Shown here piece by piece: positions 37,201-50,399 of a DNA stretch of 64,000 nucleotides (position 1 is its first letter; each line of letters opens with the position of its first letter). The position numbers and the translations under genes are program-made. The notes under the pieces are model-generated. The model had not been told where the DNA came from. It saw only the letters and a list, made by a program, of their open reading frames with translations, and ran no database searches. Origin of the DNA: Anthoceros angustus (Eukaryota > Plantae > Anthocerotophyta); NCBI GenBank assembly GCA_010909165.1, contig MU008164.1:1736001-1800000 (forward strand), read 5' to 3'.

Positions 37201-38541
37201 AGGAAAGCAGTGCTAGACATAGCCGAACGAGCGAGTCAAGAAGCACCTACGGCGACGCCAGGAACCTCCCGAGACGGTGGAGCTATCTGCCGGAGGAAGA
37301 GACCGATGGTAGGATGGTATACCAAAGTTCCTACTGTAGGAACTGAAGAGGAGGAGGTGACCAAGGAAGGGTACCTCCGGTCTGAAAACCCAGCCGTGAG
37401 GGAAGGAACCCCATAGCAAGATCCGAGGCCGTGGTAGGATGAACCGCCTACCAAGCGAGTGAGAGGGGAGGAACCCCATCGAGGATGAACGGTAGGAGGA
37501 ATGGAACCTCCTACCACAAAGGAAGACCTACCACCAATGGGGCCGATGAGGGCTACCAGCATAGTCCCTAGAAAGACTGGAGGTGGCAAGGCTAAGCGAC
37601 CCATCAAGGGGAAGACATTGAAGCCGCAAGGCTAACAAAAGCAGCGAACGAGGATGTCAGGACCTTTCAAGAGGACGTTTTGTCCCAAGTGGTGCACACC
37701 TTGGGAAGTGTGAGTATTTAAGAGTGGCGGCAGATAGACAGGATATTCGGTCAAGGTGAGCAATCGAGCCGAGAGGATAAACCAAATGACAAGAGTCCTA
37801 TTGTTGGACTTGGCAAGTCGCCTAGCATTAAACTAGCACGAGTGACTAGTCGACTCCCCACCTATAAAAGGGAGGGTGGAAGAATGAATAAACACCGCAC
37901 CTTGCTTTGTCATGCATTCTTCGCCTCCGGCGCATCCCTTTGTGTGTGCTGACCGCCCGCCAAGCGACGAGAAGGCGAAGGGTGGGTTCGGTGAGGCCCT
38001 CGTGGGTTCGCCAACGCAGCTCCTCCTCTCGTGAAAGATTGTTGTTGGATGTGCTTTGTGCGTGGTGGCCTCAGGAGGATGGCGCCGACTACGCCGCGTG
38101 TTCGTGTACGCAATCGCCCGAGAGAAATACCCAGCTAGTCGCCACCCTGTGCAGGCGCAAGGGAGGCGTAAACCGCGAACTATGAGTAGAGTTAGATTTG
38201 GGGATCGAATGAAGTGAGCTTGAATGGGATTGTCCGTGTGTGTGTGAGTGAATGATGAGAGAGTTTGATAGGGTGTGTCGTTGTAGAGTGAATTGATCGA
38301 GTGGCATAGGAGAGTGTTGAGGTGGAGGAATCGAAGGCGTGGAGCGCGCCGGGGCCGAGCAACCCAAAACGCATAACACTTGTTGCCCACACCGAGGACA
38401 AGTAGACCGCAGATGAGCGAGAGTGAGAGGAACGACTGCAAACAATCCGAACCAAATCTCTTGGGATCGAACCTACGATTCAACGACTGTGGATAAGTGT
38501 GGCCACCGAGGCGAGCCCGTGACCGAGGCAAACCTACCACA
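34232..38541 (+). repeat. 5' LTR of element B (about 4.3 kb)
   Basis: TGTGG...CCACA inverted termini; TATAAAA at 37863; followed by TTTTTGGCGCC. Confidence 0.8.
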
Positions 38542-39399
38542 TTTTTGGCGCCGGACGGCTGCTTGAGGATTGTGTGTGAGTGAATGATGATAGAGGGAGT
38601 AAACGGGCATTGCGAGTCATCCCCTTTCAACTGTGGAGAAAGGGCGCGAAGGGATGAGTATCGACGCGGATAGAGGCAATCCCGGAGAGGTTAGCCGTAG
38701 CCATCGCAGCTAGAGTGGAGGTAAGCGAACAGCGGGAAGCTGAAGCAGAAGCTCGCGGGGAAGAAAGTACGGTACAACACACTGTCACCACGCTAGGACG
38801 TCTTGATTGTTTTGCAGGAGAAGGGTCCGACAGGCGCCTACTCCACGGGACGGGGAGCCAGGTGGTTCTTTGGAGCACCAAGAAGACAGAGCGGAACCAG
38901 TAACGGAGGCCGTGCTCATTCCTTTGCGTACCCTTCGAGAGGTCACGACCGTGGAGTTGGTATCACCCACAGTGTGAAAGGACTCGAGAGGGAAGTAGGT
39001 GGTCCCGCCGCTACCACCCGTCCGAACGCACTACATCCTCTTCCGACATCGACACCTTAGAAGATTTTTCGACTCGAGCCGACGAGAAAACGCCTTGTTT
39101 GATGAGATCATCGAGGGGAGTCAACGAGCGACACGCTGAATTTGTTACCGAGAGGGCTCGGAGGCAGCCATGGGCGGCGTTGATCGATCAACGAGGAGCA
39201 AGGATTGGGACACTTACAATCGATATCTCGATCATTTGGCTCGACAGCGGAAGTTGCGCAAAATGTAGGTGAGGCGCCGCGAGAGAGAAGCAAGAATTGT
39301 GGGAGCGAAGACACAATCAAGTCCACAACCCACGAGCAAGAGCTGCCCGAGTTTCTCACTTACTCAGTGACGACCCGCAAGGACACCTTTGCCCATAGC

Positions 39400-42300
39400 C
39401 ATGAGCGGAGCGGAGGAGCCATCTGAGGAGCAAGCTCATCACCCCACACAAGGCAGCCATATCCCAAATTTGGATCCAAGAAGGAGGACGACATCGATGC
39501 CGAAAGTTTTGTAAAACTTTTCAATCCATCTCGAGGGCTAACATCGAGGATTCCTCGACGATCGGGTACGATTTTCCAGATCATGCAGGACTGCGCAATG
39601 GTATGCCGTGAAGTTCTCTACCCCACCCACCGCTTGGCTGTAGCGAGCTGATTTCCTTATTCGCTGTGGTTTGAGCCACACTACCCATGTGACAAACTTC
39701 GTGACCAAGCGAAAGAAGAAAGAATCCTTGCTCGATTATGTGGAACGGTTTTACGCTCGAGAAGATACCTCCAGAGTGGACAACACGGAGGAGAATCACA
39801 AGCGATTCGGAAGAACAAGCGTTGGATTGGTTCGTCTGGACTACCACGAAGATGGAGATTCACCGCAGGGCAATGATACCTTGAGGAAGGCATTCGAGCA
39901 CCAAGCATGGGAGGCCGCCTGGGAGGAGAAGACGGAAGAAAGCGAGTGGCAAGAGGAAGAAAGGAAGAGACATCGCCTTCAAGTTCGCTGAAGAATCGAC
40001 GTCAAGACACTCACGGAACCATCATCATCTCAAGAGAATTCAACATCCGGGACGGATGATGAGTCGGAAGAAGCACATCAAGCGAGTGAAAAAGACTTGG
40101 AACATTTGTCAAGAAGAAGGAGAGAGACAAGAGAAACGCCACGAAGGTTGCAGAAGGGAAAAGGGACGAATGGAAGGTCGCCCCAAGACACCAAATTTGG
40201 AAGATGTGATGGCCGGCGACATCGAGATCAAATTAGTCAAGAATCGACCGACGACGATCCTTCCCTACCCGGCAGAAGTCTTTGTAGCAATTGTCATCAC
40301 CAGCCATACGATCACGAATGCCGCCTCAAGACACGATGGGTCAATCGTGGAGTACGATCTAGACCCATACTATTCGTGAGAGGAGGTGTATCGATGCGTG
40401 CCATGACAGAGCTCGACCGCCTCAATCCATGAGAGCCACCTATCAACCCCAAGATCACCCAAAGGATGAGGTATGGTCCAAGGCAAAATCGCGAATCAAT
40501 GGAAACCGAATCCTCTCAACGACCCTGTAATGTATCGGCCATTGTTACAACTGGGCGCCCGATCATTATGCGAATGCATGTCCGTAACCAAGGCGATGAT
40601 TGGGTACACCCTTCGTCAGTCTGCAAGGCGCCGGACATATAGCGGAGATGCAAGATGTACGGGCCCAAGACCATTCTCGCACTGTGGGTACGATTCGCTA
40701 ACCCAGGTGACAGGGAGATTCCACCAAACCTGAGCTCTCGTGCCCACCCCAGACAGTGGAAGTAGAAGACGAACGCTGGGGAGAGAGGAGCAAGAAGGCG
40801 AAATTGGAAGAGAAGTGGACTGCATATATCCGGAGAAGACGAGTTGGTCGCACGCCGCCACTCGGCCAAGAAGGAGGGACGACACCCGGCGACAAGGGAA
40901 TGCTCGAAATTGGAAGTTCGCGGAGATGGGCGGAATCCGAGCGAAAGAAAAGAAGAATGCCGAGGAAGTGAGAGATGAAGAAACGGCCAGAGCCCGGCCA
41001 GAGGGAGGGCGGTCCAAAGGCTTCAATTTGCACCGACATCGCCAGAGGTGGCGGCATGCTCGATGCCACGGAAACTCACTCAAAGTGAGAAACATGCACC
41101 CCGTAAAACCATGGGTCCAAGGGGAGTGATGACAAAGATGGAACCGCAAGAAGAAGTAATTGCGAGGAGGAGAAGACCCCTCTCATTGAGAAGGTCACCA
41201 GCTTTGCAGAATCTCTGTTGGATCAAGAATTCCTTGTGACATTTCGACAACTCTTGTCCGACAACCCCAAGTATCGACGTATGATTCGAGAAGCGATGAA
41301 AGGGACTCAGTCAACAGAAAATCAGAAACGAATCACGGATGTACGAGTTGTGGAACTCATGGATTTGGGTGCCAGTGAAATATCGGTCGAAGTGAACGGA
41401 TGCTTGATAAGGCGGTACCATCGACTCGGTCGGGGGTTAACTGCGATGGAAGAAACGGCCAGCAAACTAGGATACACCAAGTTCGAGGACACGCACCATT
41501 CTTCGAATGGCGGATCGACGGGCGGCCATCACTGGGGTACTTCGCGATACCCACTAACATTGGAGGCATTGTTTTCCTTTGACTTATGTGGTCATGCGAC
41601 CAGTCACCGGGGGTATCAAGTGTTGATAGGGAGGCCATGGCTATACGGCAGAAAAGCCGCCTTGATTGGGGAAGAAGGAAATTAGTTTCAGATCGCTCAA
41701 GGGCATGCTGGCTCATGCCTAGTCGGAGCAAGGAAACCTATGAAGGGGAAACTAATCCTCACCGAGGAGTACACCTCCGAGGTTGGGGAGGACAGAGGAG
41801 AGGAAAATTCTTCGATCGATGATCAAACGTATTGTCCCGCTGCTTGCTTCCAAGTCGAGATAGAGGAAGAATCGGAGTACAATGGAGAAGGACGGAAACG
41901 ATCCTTGGATAAGAAAGCCGACAATGAAGATTTTCCGGATGAAGGACCACATCAGGAAGTTGTCCGGACGGACTGGATCCGAGCCTTGGAGGAAATGGAG
42001 CTGGCCTCGGAAGAAAGTCATGATATGCGCATCCGCGAACAAAGAGAAGAACAACTCCATCACCGTTGTTGAATACATAGATTGTTTCGCGCTCAACCGA
42101 AATGACCGTATACCGAGGAGTTGGGAGTGCACCGAATCGACTTGAAGGAAGGAGCGACGTGAGGATCAAGCAAGACGACTCAATCCAAAGTATTCTAGTG
42201 GTGAAGGAGCAATTGGATCGATCCGGAGGCGGAGTAATCTATCCGCACTCACAAGCGAATGGGTGGCACCGATTGTGATTGTGCCTAAGAAGCAACAGGG

Positions 42301-44650
42301 AAAGTTCGGGTTTGTCGATTTCGTGAAGTTGAATGAGGCAACTAAGAAAGACCATCACCCTTGCCGCTTATGGATAGTGTATTGGACACGGTCGCAGGCA
42401 TGAGATGTACAGCTTAGATGGGTATTCGTGATACAATCGATCACGAGAAAGGAAGATCGTGACAAAACAACGCTTACCATCGAGGACGTTTGCATATGCC
42501 AAATTACCCTTTGGTCTTTGCAATGCCCCGCCACCTTTCAGAGTAGTGAATACCATTTTCCGAGAGTACCGAGGAAATTCATGGAAGTATTTCGGATGAC
42601 TTTTGTGTGTTTGGGAAGAGAATGCACTTGGGACATCTTCGCCATGTATGTAGAAACCAATTTGAAGTTGCACCCGAGCAAATGTTATTTGAATGACAGG
42701 AATCCACGGCACATCGTGTTTCAAGCGAGGTTTGGAGGTGGATAAGGTCGAGTCATCACAGATGGATGCTAAACGGTAAGGCCGAGCCTTCATCGGCTTG
42801 GTGGGATACTGAGATTCATCATTGATTTTGCAAAGAAGGCAGACCTCTCACGCAACCATCAAGAAAGATGTTCCTTTGATCGACGGCCGACGGGAAGGCC
42901 TAAGTTTGAAAAGAGCTTGGGCACCGTGTTGCAACCTCCAACCGGGAAGAACCTTTTCATGTCTTTGTGGATGTATCGCTTATGCCATAGGGGCCATCCC
43001 GAGTCAACGTGATGGAAGAAGCATGATAGGCCGATCTTCTATGCAGACGCCAACTTTCGGATGCGTAACGGAACTACTCCACGATCGAAAGAGAAGCTCG
43101 GCATCATCTATTCTCGCAAGAAATTTCGACACTATCTGGCTTGCAAAGTTGTGTTCCATGTGGACCATTTCGCATTGAAGTACTTGGTAAACAAACCCGA
43201 TCTATCCGGACGAATCGCGGATATCTGCTGAAGATTATGAGGTGGAAACACGGGAAGCAACATGTGAACGCCGACTTCATTTCTCGACTACGAATGAAGG
43301 GAAGTCACCACCGAACGATAAGTTCCCGATGAGGAGTTGGTAGCCGTAAAGCATGATCGAAGACGGAGGCACCGCAGAAGGACGGATCGAGAAAAACGAG
43401 CGGGACTCCTCCGGATATCGCAAAATGAGAACCGGAGGGGGGACGCAGACCAAGGACTACGCAACCCGCGACGTAAACCCCGCACCGTAAGGAGAAGCAG
43501 GAGGGCGGCGTGCCCGACACTTACATCAAGTCGGAGGTATTTAGAGCATGGGGAGTTGCCGGGTTTATCAAGGAAGGAGTTGTTCATACAGGCACCATAT
43601 TGCATCAAGGGAGTATTGTACAAATTGGGAGTATGATGAGGTGATCAAGATGTTTGAGGGGAATGAGAAAGCCATGGTGATAGAAGCCTTGCACACGAGG
43701 AAGGGAGGACACTATTCCGCCACAATCACAACAAAGAAGATTCTAACCAGTGGTTTTGGTGGGATACAATGTATAGAGATGTATGGTTATTCATCGAGTT
43801 GTGATGCTTGTCAACGGGAGGCCCACGCCGACGACCAAAGGCCTCTAACGTACATCCTACCACCGCACCTTTGAAAATGGGGAATTGATTTTGTGGGACC
43901 TATTCGACACCAACCCGGACCAGCGACAAGACATTCTACAGACATCGACAAAGATGGTAGAGGCGAACAAGGAAGGATGATGCGCCCACCGCCAAGTTTT
44001 TGTTTGAACGGATTATCACAAGGTATGGATGCCCATTGGAACTTGTTAGCGATCGAGGGACGATTTCCTCAACAAGATAATCGAGTCTGGATCGCCTATT
44101 TCAACATTCGACAGAAGACTTTTACAACCAAAGCCAACGGACTCACGGAGAAGACAAATGGGTTACTATGCAACATTTTGACAAAGTGACGGTCTCCCAT
44201 ATGTATGGATCGATACCAAGCTACATTCCGTGCTATGGGCTTTCGGAATCGAGAAGGTGACCACAAAGAAGACATATACTATCTCGACATACGGTATGTC
44301 ACCCGTAATGCCGAATTTGAGGTACCAACGATAGAATTATGGAAGATGAGCGAATGACGGTGGAAGATAGTGAACAAGCGTTGGAAGAATTTGCGAGCAT
44401 GAGGGACGATGCCTTAGAGGAGACACATGACACAGTGAACAGAGGAAGGAGAGGCACGATGGGAGGCTTCACTGGGACCCAATAGCGGAGACTTGGTGCT
44501 CCTTTACGATAGTAGGTATTTAGATTTTCCGGAAGCTACCGAGATGGATGGGCGGTTGTAGACTATGAAAATGGGTCAGCTTGGAAAGTTTACTGGGGAA
44601 CTACTTCCTACCAGAGTGAATGGGTGGAAGATCAAGAAGTACTTCACGCC
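39400..44650 (+). pseudogene. gag-pol of element B
   Basis: Fragmentary motifs in shifting frames, in gypsy order PR-RT-RH-INT. Confidence 0.88.
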
Positions 44651-44688
44651 GAGGATGTTTGCGGCGCAAACAAATGGGGAGAGGAGCA

Positions 44689-46310
44689 TGTGGAACGAAG
44701 AATTTTGGTCACCCAAGACGCGAGAGACCGACGCGAAGGATGAATGGTTCGTGCAGGTAGTAGGTAGGTCGAAGTGTAGGAAGATGGTAGGGACGTCCGG
44801 AAGTTCGGACTTAATCAATCGCGTCGGGTCCGTAGAAGTATGGGTAGATAGAAGCATATAGGCATGATAGGTTCCAAAGTTCCTTGGACCATGGGAGTAG
44901 GAATATTCGGGATAAGGAAGTTCCTTGGCCTTGAATTATTTAGGTTCGATGGCTATATATGCCAAAGGGCTAGTTAAGTTGTAGATGGAAAATAGGCAGG
45001 AGTTTTGAACCGGACATGGCGCCATCGTGAGGAGCGCCATTAAGGCGCATGTACCGCAAACTCGGTTAGCTGTGGTTTGAACGGGGCGCTTCAAACCCGC
45101 AGGCGGTACCGAGGGGTGGAGTTGCGTCAAGAAGGAAGGCGGCGTGAGCGGCGCCTCACGATTGAAGCGCGCGAAGCCGAGAGAGCGCGATCACAAGCGA
45201 ACCAAGGCAGGGCGCGCGAAAGTGGAGGCGTGCCAAGGGGCGAGTGAGAGGCGCCGAGGGTGAGCTTGCAAGGCTACCGCATCAAAAGGCGCAAGGTGGA
45301 GAAGTTGCTGGAGGGGAGATTGAAGGGGCCAAGGCCACCTCTGGTTGTGTTGAGGCTCGCCGAGGAGCGCGGAAGCTTCCCTTGCTTGCCTCACCCAAAC
45401 CACCACCTCTTTGCTCTCCACTCTCTTAGCTCGATAGATTACTCCAATCTCTCCAATTTTGCTATCCTTGTGTGTGCTCCCACCGTGCGTGATGGTAAAG
45501 ATAGTGAGGAGGGAACGGGTACTCCCACGGGAGGAAACCTCCGCCGCCACACCGCCCACAAAGGGAAAAGGTAAGAAACACCCAATTCCCGAGTTCGAGT
45601 GTAGGCCGCCCAAATTTCACCTCGAGATTTGAGGCGTCGAGCTACGCCCGAGATGAAGATGGAATGGTCATTTGGTACCTGGGTGGCACTTTGCAGAGCC
45701 CGCCTTGGTTCTGGAGTGTGCGCGATTAATGAGAGTGACCAAGGCGACGGCCACCTGAGGATGCGATCAAGTCATCCCGGGATGTGGAAGGTATGGCATT
45801 TCGTGGATACGATTTGATACCTAAGCCCACAAGAGGGATCATTCCGCAGCTGCCTCCAAGAATCGATCCCGAGGAGGTTATGAGCATGTTCCTACGACCA
45901 AAGGAGGAAGTATGGTCGCAAGGCAATGGTCGGAGGATCTCTTTGTTCAAGGAGCGGAAGTGGAATTTATTCGCCAAGATATGGGACTAACGGCGTGCAA
46001 GGAAGACGTGCAGGAAATTCCCATTTAATGATGATATATGAGATGTCCTGTGGAAGTTGGTGGATTGGGCCACCATTCAGAAACAGCGGTTGCATCGAAC
46101 CATTTGGTGATGGAGGGGAGCAAGAATCTTTGTCTCTACCTTCCTCCTATATCGAGGGAGGAGGTTCTTACAAGACGTGGAAGAAGCCAAGATAGAAGCT
46201 ACCGGTGAGGGTGGTGGAAGGAGGCCATCAGCCCCGAGGATGAAGAGCCGAGCGAGAGACCCCGGCAAAGACCGCCACGCCCACAACCAAGATGAGGCCT
46301 CAGGATCGGA
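44689..46310 (+). repeat. 3' LTR of element B, truncated
   Basis: Collinear with 34232-35932, then broken by an inverted 84-bp piece. Confidence 0.88.
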
Positions 46311-46839
46311 AACCCTCCGGTAGGTGGTCTCGTATCCTTCCTCCTTCCACCGTAGGAGGTTCTTCTATGGCCTCTTTCCCTTTCTCTTGTTGGGAATTGA
46401 TCGATTGGTGGACGACATCTACCATAACATCACTGGCTTCAACATCGGTTTACATGCTTAAAGTCGCCTGCCTCCGACGCCTCGAATTGGTTTTTTTCGG
46501 GGTAGTGCGGGTGAGTTTTAGAGAGAATCGGCCTTTTGGCCATTATTTTACCCAGATAGTAAAATTCATTACTATAGTAGAAAACATGCCAAGTGGGGTG
46601 GATATGATCTACCATCAAGGTGGAAAAGCAGCACTAGAGTAGAAAACATATGACCAAGTGAATACCAGGTGCGTCTAGTAGAAGCTCATTCTAGAAATCC
46701 CACCAAAATCGCTAATCTGACAAAAACATTTTCTGTTAAATAATATTCATGCGGATCCAGGATATACAAAAAACCAACAAAGAACCCTTTTCTTTGCAGA
46801 GTTTCCTGTATATCCAGAATTGCATGAAATACGAATTCA

Positions 46840-49800
46840 ACTAATGAAGAGTAAATACCAGTATAGAGTGAACTCTGCTTCAACAAGAAACCTACAAACA
46901 AAACCAAAATTAGCACCCAAACCGTAATTACGCTGCTACTAGTAAACACTAAAAATAAAAAACATTGATACTCACCTTATTTTGGGAAATTTACTGTACA
47001 ATTATACAGATTGAAAATGTAATTTTCACGACCACTTGGCTTGATTGGTACTTACAGCATTATCATAATTGGCAATTGATGAAGGCGAGGACTTGGGCGA
47101 AATTGACCATCTTCCGCAAGGTCACAACCTAAAACAACCATTAATTTTCAATCTAGTAAACTTAATAAAAGCATAAAGCTTACCGATCGACGGATTTTCG
47201 CGAGATAGCTTGAAATATCTCGAGGCACATCCTTCTCTTGTCTTTCCCACGTAATCTCCGAACCTCTTGCTGCTCTTTCTGCTGCTTGATTTCTCTTGAT
47301 ATATGCTCTTGTCTCCTCTCCGCATTTCTCCGCCTCTGAATCTCAAGGGCTTTCTCTCTTTGCTTAGAGACTCGTAATTCAACCGCCTCTGTCTCTCTAT
47401 AAGTGCCTCCAAATCCTTTTGCCTGAAACTCCATTTCTTTCAATTTGTCATTCTCCAATTCCGTTCTGAGATCTGCAAGCCGCTCAAAGCCACTTACATT
47501 TCCATTTGCGATCACAGTGCAATATATCGAGGTGCTACCAGCCACACATCTGGTTAACGGATGGATCACACTCACTCACAATGCCCTCCAACGGAGGGCC
47601 ACCATCAACTTCCCTCGGTGTATCAATGTTGAAAATGAGGATGATAGCACCTTACACTAGTCGAAGGATCCATCGCCAAGAAGAACACAATCGAAACTCC
47701 AAAATGAATGAAAACAACAAACAAAGAATCAACCTTGTCAACATATGGAATTTTAGTAGAACACCACATGGTTGGTGCGCTAGTATCCATCTGGATGCCT
47801 TGGCAATGCTTTAAGGTGCACGCCGGTAAAAACAAAACCATGATTAAAAAACTAACATGGCGGACTACAAAGCAACTTCACAATACCAACGAACTTCAAG
47901 ACAGTGGACCACATGGTGCGGAAAAACGATTCGGTCCAACATTGTTCGTGCCTTTCATGATGAATAACGGGGTGGCCACGGGAGGAAAGACCTACAAATC
48001 AAGTCGGGACACGTTTTGACACAAGTCCCTACATACTTGATACAAATCTCAAACACTTACATTACTAACGTGTTGCACTTGCAAGGCCGATCTTGGTGAC
48101 TCGAAAATACTATTTCGAGTTACATTCAACCGTTGACGGAAGAACACCCTTAAATCATCCGCATCCGATTGAGTTCTTCATTTAAAAGCTCCGATAAGAT
48201 CGCGTTCACCGAACAAGAACTCTTACTGTTGCTGTTTTACCGAGCGGTCATATCTCAAAACATATGAGAACGTTAGGACGAGCATACAAAGACTCAAATG
48301 TCACAAGCTTTCACAACATATTACCTTGAAAATCCAGCATCCGTTTTATGGCGGTCACACTTCTCCCGGAGGGCACACAGCCATCGTCAAGCGTGTAATC
48401 ATCGTTACACGGCTCTTATTGGTGTAGTAGCCAACAAGCCCAGCTTCACCATGGTCTTCATAAATCTTGCATTCCTTTTGAAACACGAAGTTTTGCATAC
48501 CAAGCCGAACAAAAACAAGCAGTTAGTAAATAGAAACCACAAAACTCAAGCCCAATAAACCAAAAACTTACATTGGATCTTGGGTTATCAATGGTTGAAT
48601 TGAAGAAACCCCTGAATTGACAAATTCTTGTCATGTCCGAGACCACTTGGGAGAGTGATCAATATGACTTTAAAGGTTTCGATGGCGTCCTTTTCGTAGA
48701 TCTTGACCTTTTGACGGAAATGCTCACTCGGTAGTTCTTCATATCCACTTTGTAATTTTTGAATGCCGTTCTTCCGCAAATGAAGGAGCTCAATCTGATA
48801 CATCAAAACATCAAACAAACAAAAGACTACACCCTCGAACAAAAGGTCCTTTTGAATCGATGCAAATGAGAAGTCCCTAATGAGCGGGTTATGTAACTCT
48901 TCACCACCTCGAACCCCAAACTGGTCATGCAAAATATGCACACACCAACAATATAAGCATAAGGGCTCCAGGTTTAAGAGACCATAAATGAACAATCAAA
49001 GTGCACCCCCAAAACCAACAATATTACCTTTTCTGAGCCCCCCGCCCAAATGAGCATTGATGATCCCTGTGTGAAAGAATCAGTCGCTCATCATCATCAG
49101 AAATCAACTTCACCTCTTTTCGACATGACACAATCCCAAGGTCCTTGCTGATTTTCATGGACGCAACCAGCGCTGCCTGGGCCCCATGGAAAATTCCATG
49201 AAACAAGTTGATCACCGGAACATCAGAACCAAGCCGGCTTTGGTTCAGGATGCACTTCCTTGTTAAAATCCGGTTAAACCCACGAAAGAAAGACATCAGC
49301 CTGCACAAGTGAAGATCAGCAATCAGTCATGTGAAAGGAAAGTCAGAACTATCAAAATCAACAAGTAAGAAAACATCACTACTTACGTTTCTGGAGAAAA
49401 TCTCCTGTCCTTGATTCGAACTTGATGGAAAAAGGTATCGAATAAGATTTAGATCCTTGTAAGGAATATCCTCAACAGCGATATCCCATCCCCGACCACT
49501 CACTTTCATAAAGGCCACGAGGCGACTTGACACGATTAGCTTTGACCTATCCTCCCCACCACTCAAAGCATCATTCACAGCTCCCTCGACGGGTCAAATC
49601 CCTCTCGAAAATTTCTTCATCATCAATTTCCTCCATACCCATGGCAAAGTCATCTTGGACCACTTTAGCCTCTCAAACATATCGAGCACTTCTTGATCGG
49701 GGATGACTCGGTCGGGAACCAGCATGCGCCGACTGTAAAGCATCTGTTCAACCCACGGCACACAAATTTCTAGACTCTACAGGCTTTGGCGGCTCACAAC

Positions 49801-50185
49801 CATGGGATCGTCGTTATCAAGAAATCATTCTCCCCACAAACCTGGACCCCTCTCTCGGACCTTTGGGACATAGTTAGTAATCTCCGCAAGAGGACCTTCA
49901 ACCAATGCCAGTCAGTGTCCACCCTTCTCCTCTTGCACAAACTCACACGTCGAGCATCCTTCTTGGATGAGAAGTGCCTTGGCGGTTTAGGAATGCCTTT
50001 TTGGAACTAAATATGTTCCTTCACTGCACCAAGACACCATCAACTTTACCATCATCCTGCGGTGGATGAGTTGCGATGTGGAGGGCGGTGACTTGACACT
50101 GTCTAGTGTGCGGCTTAGCCATGACTTGACGGGGACCCTTGCTTCTTTCCCGGTCCAAGAGGCCCGGTGGGTTTCCAGGTGCCAT
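46840..50185 (-). pseudogene. Spliced tyrosine recombinase gene, copy 2
   Basis: MKISKDLGIVSCRKEVKLISDDDERLILSHRDHQCSFGRGAQKR; FGVRGGEELHN; YTNKS; HKTDAGFSR|YDRS with an intact AG acceptor. Confidence 0.8.
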
Positions 50186-50399
50186 CGCAAAAGCAGTGAT
50201 CAAAACACAAAAAAACTTGAACTAATGAACTTGCAAACCAATATGAAAAGACTTACATGGTGAATGCTTTCAAATGAGAACTTCTGAAGGGTCTAAAAGT
50301 TGATTATAAAACAATCGAAAAAGAAGATAGGAGACACATCCTTTGAATCTATACATTGTTAAATTTTGATCCCTCCACTTTTAAGTTAGAACGAAACTC

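Larger units (their letters stand above)
34232..46394 (+). mobile_element. Non-chromoviral Ty3/gypsy LTR retrotransposon B, degenerate, inserted in the protease of the element A duplicate
   Basis: LTRs start TGTGGAACGAAG at 34232 and 44689. PBS-like TGGCGCC at 38546; PPT GGGGAGAGGAG before 44689. Gag, protease (VLIGRPWL), RT (WVAPIVIVPKK), RNase H, integrase (SCDACQR, KWGIDFVGP) and a VNGWKIKKYF end. Confidence 0.92.

Noticed and set aside
37833-38630. 265-aa minus-strand ORF
   Set aside because: Antisense to the LTR R/U5 region, with no recognisable motif.
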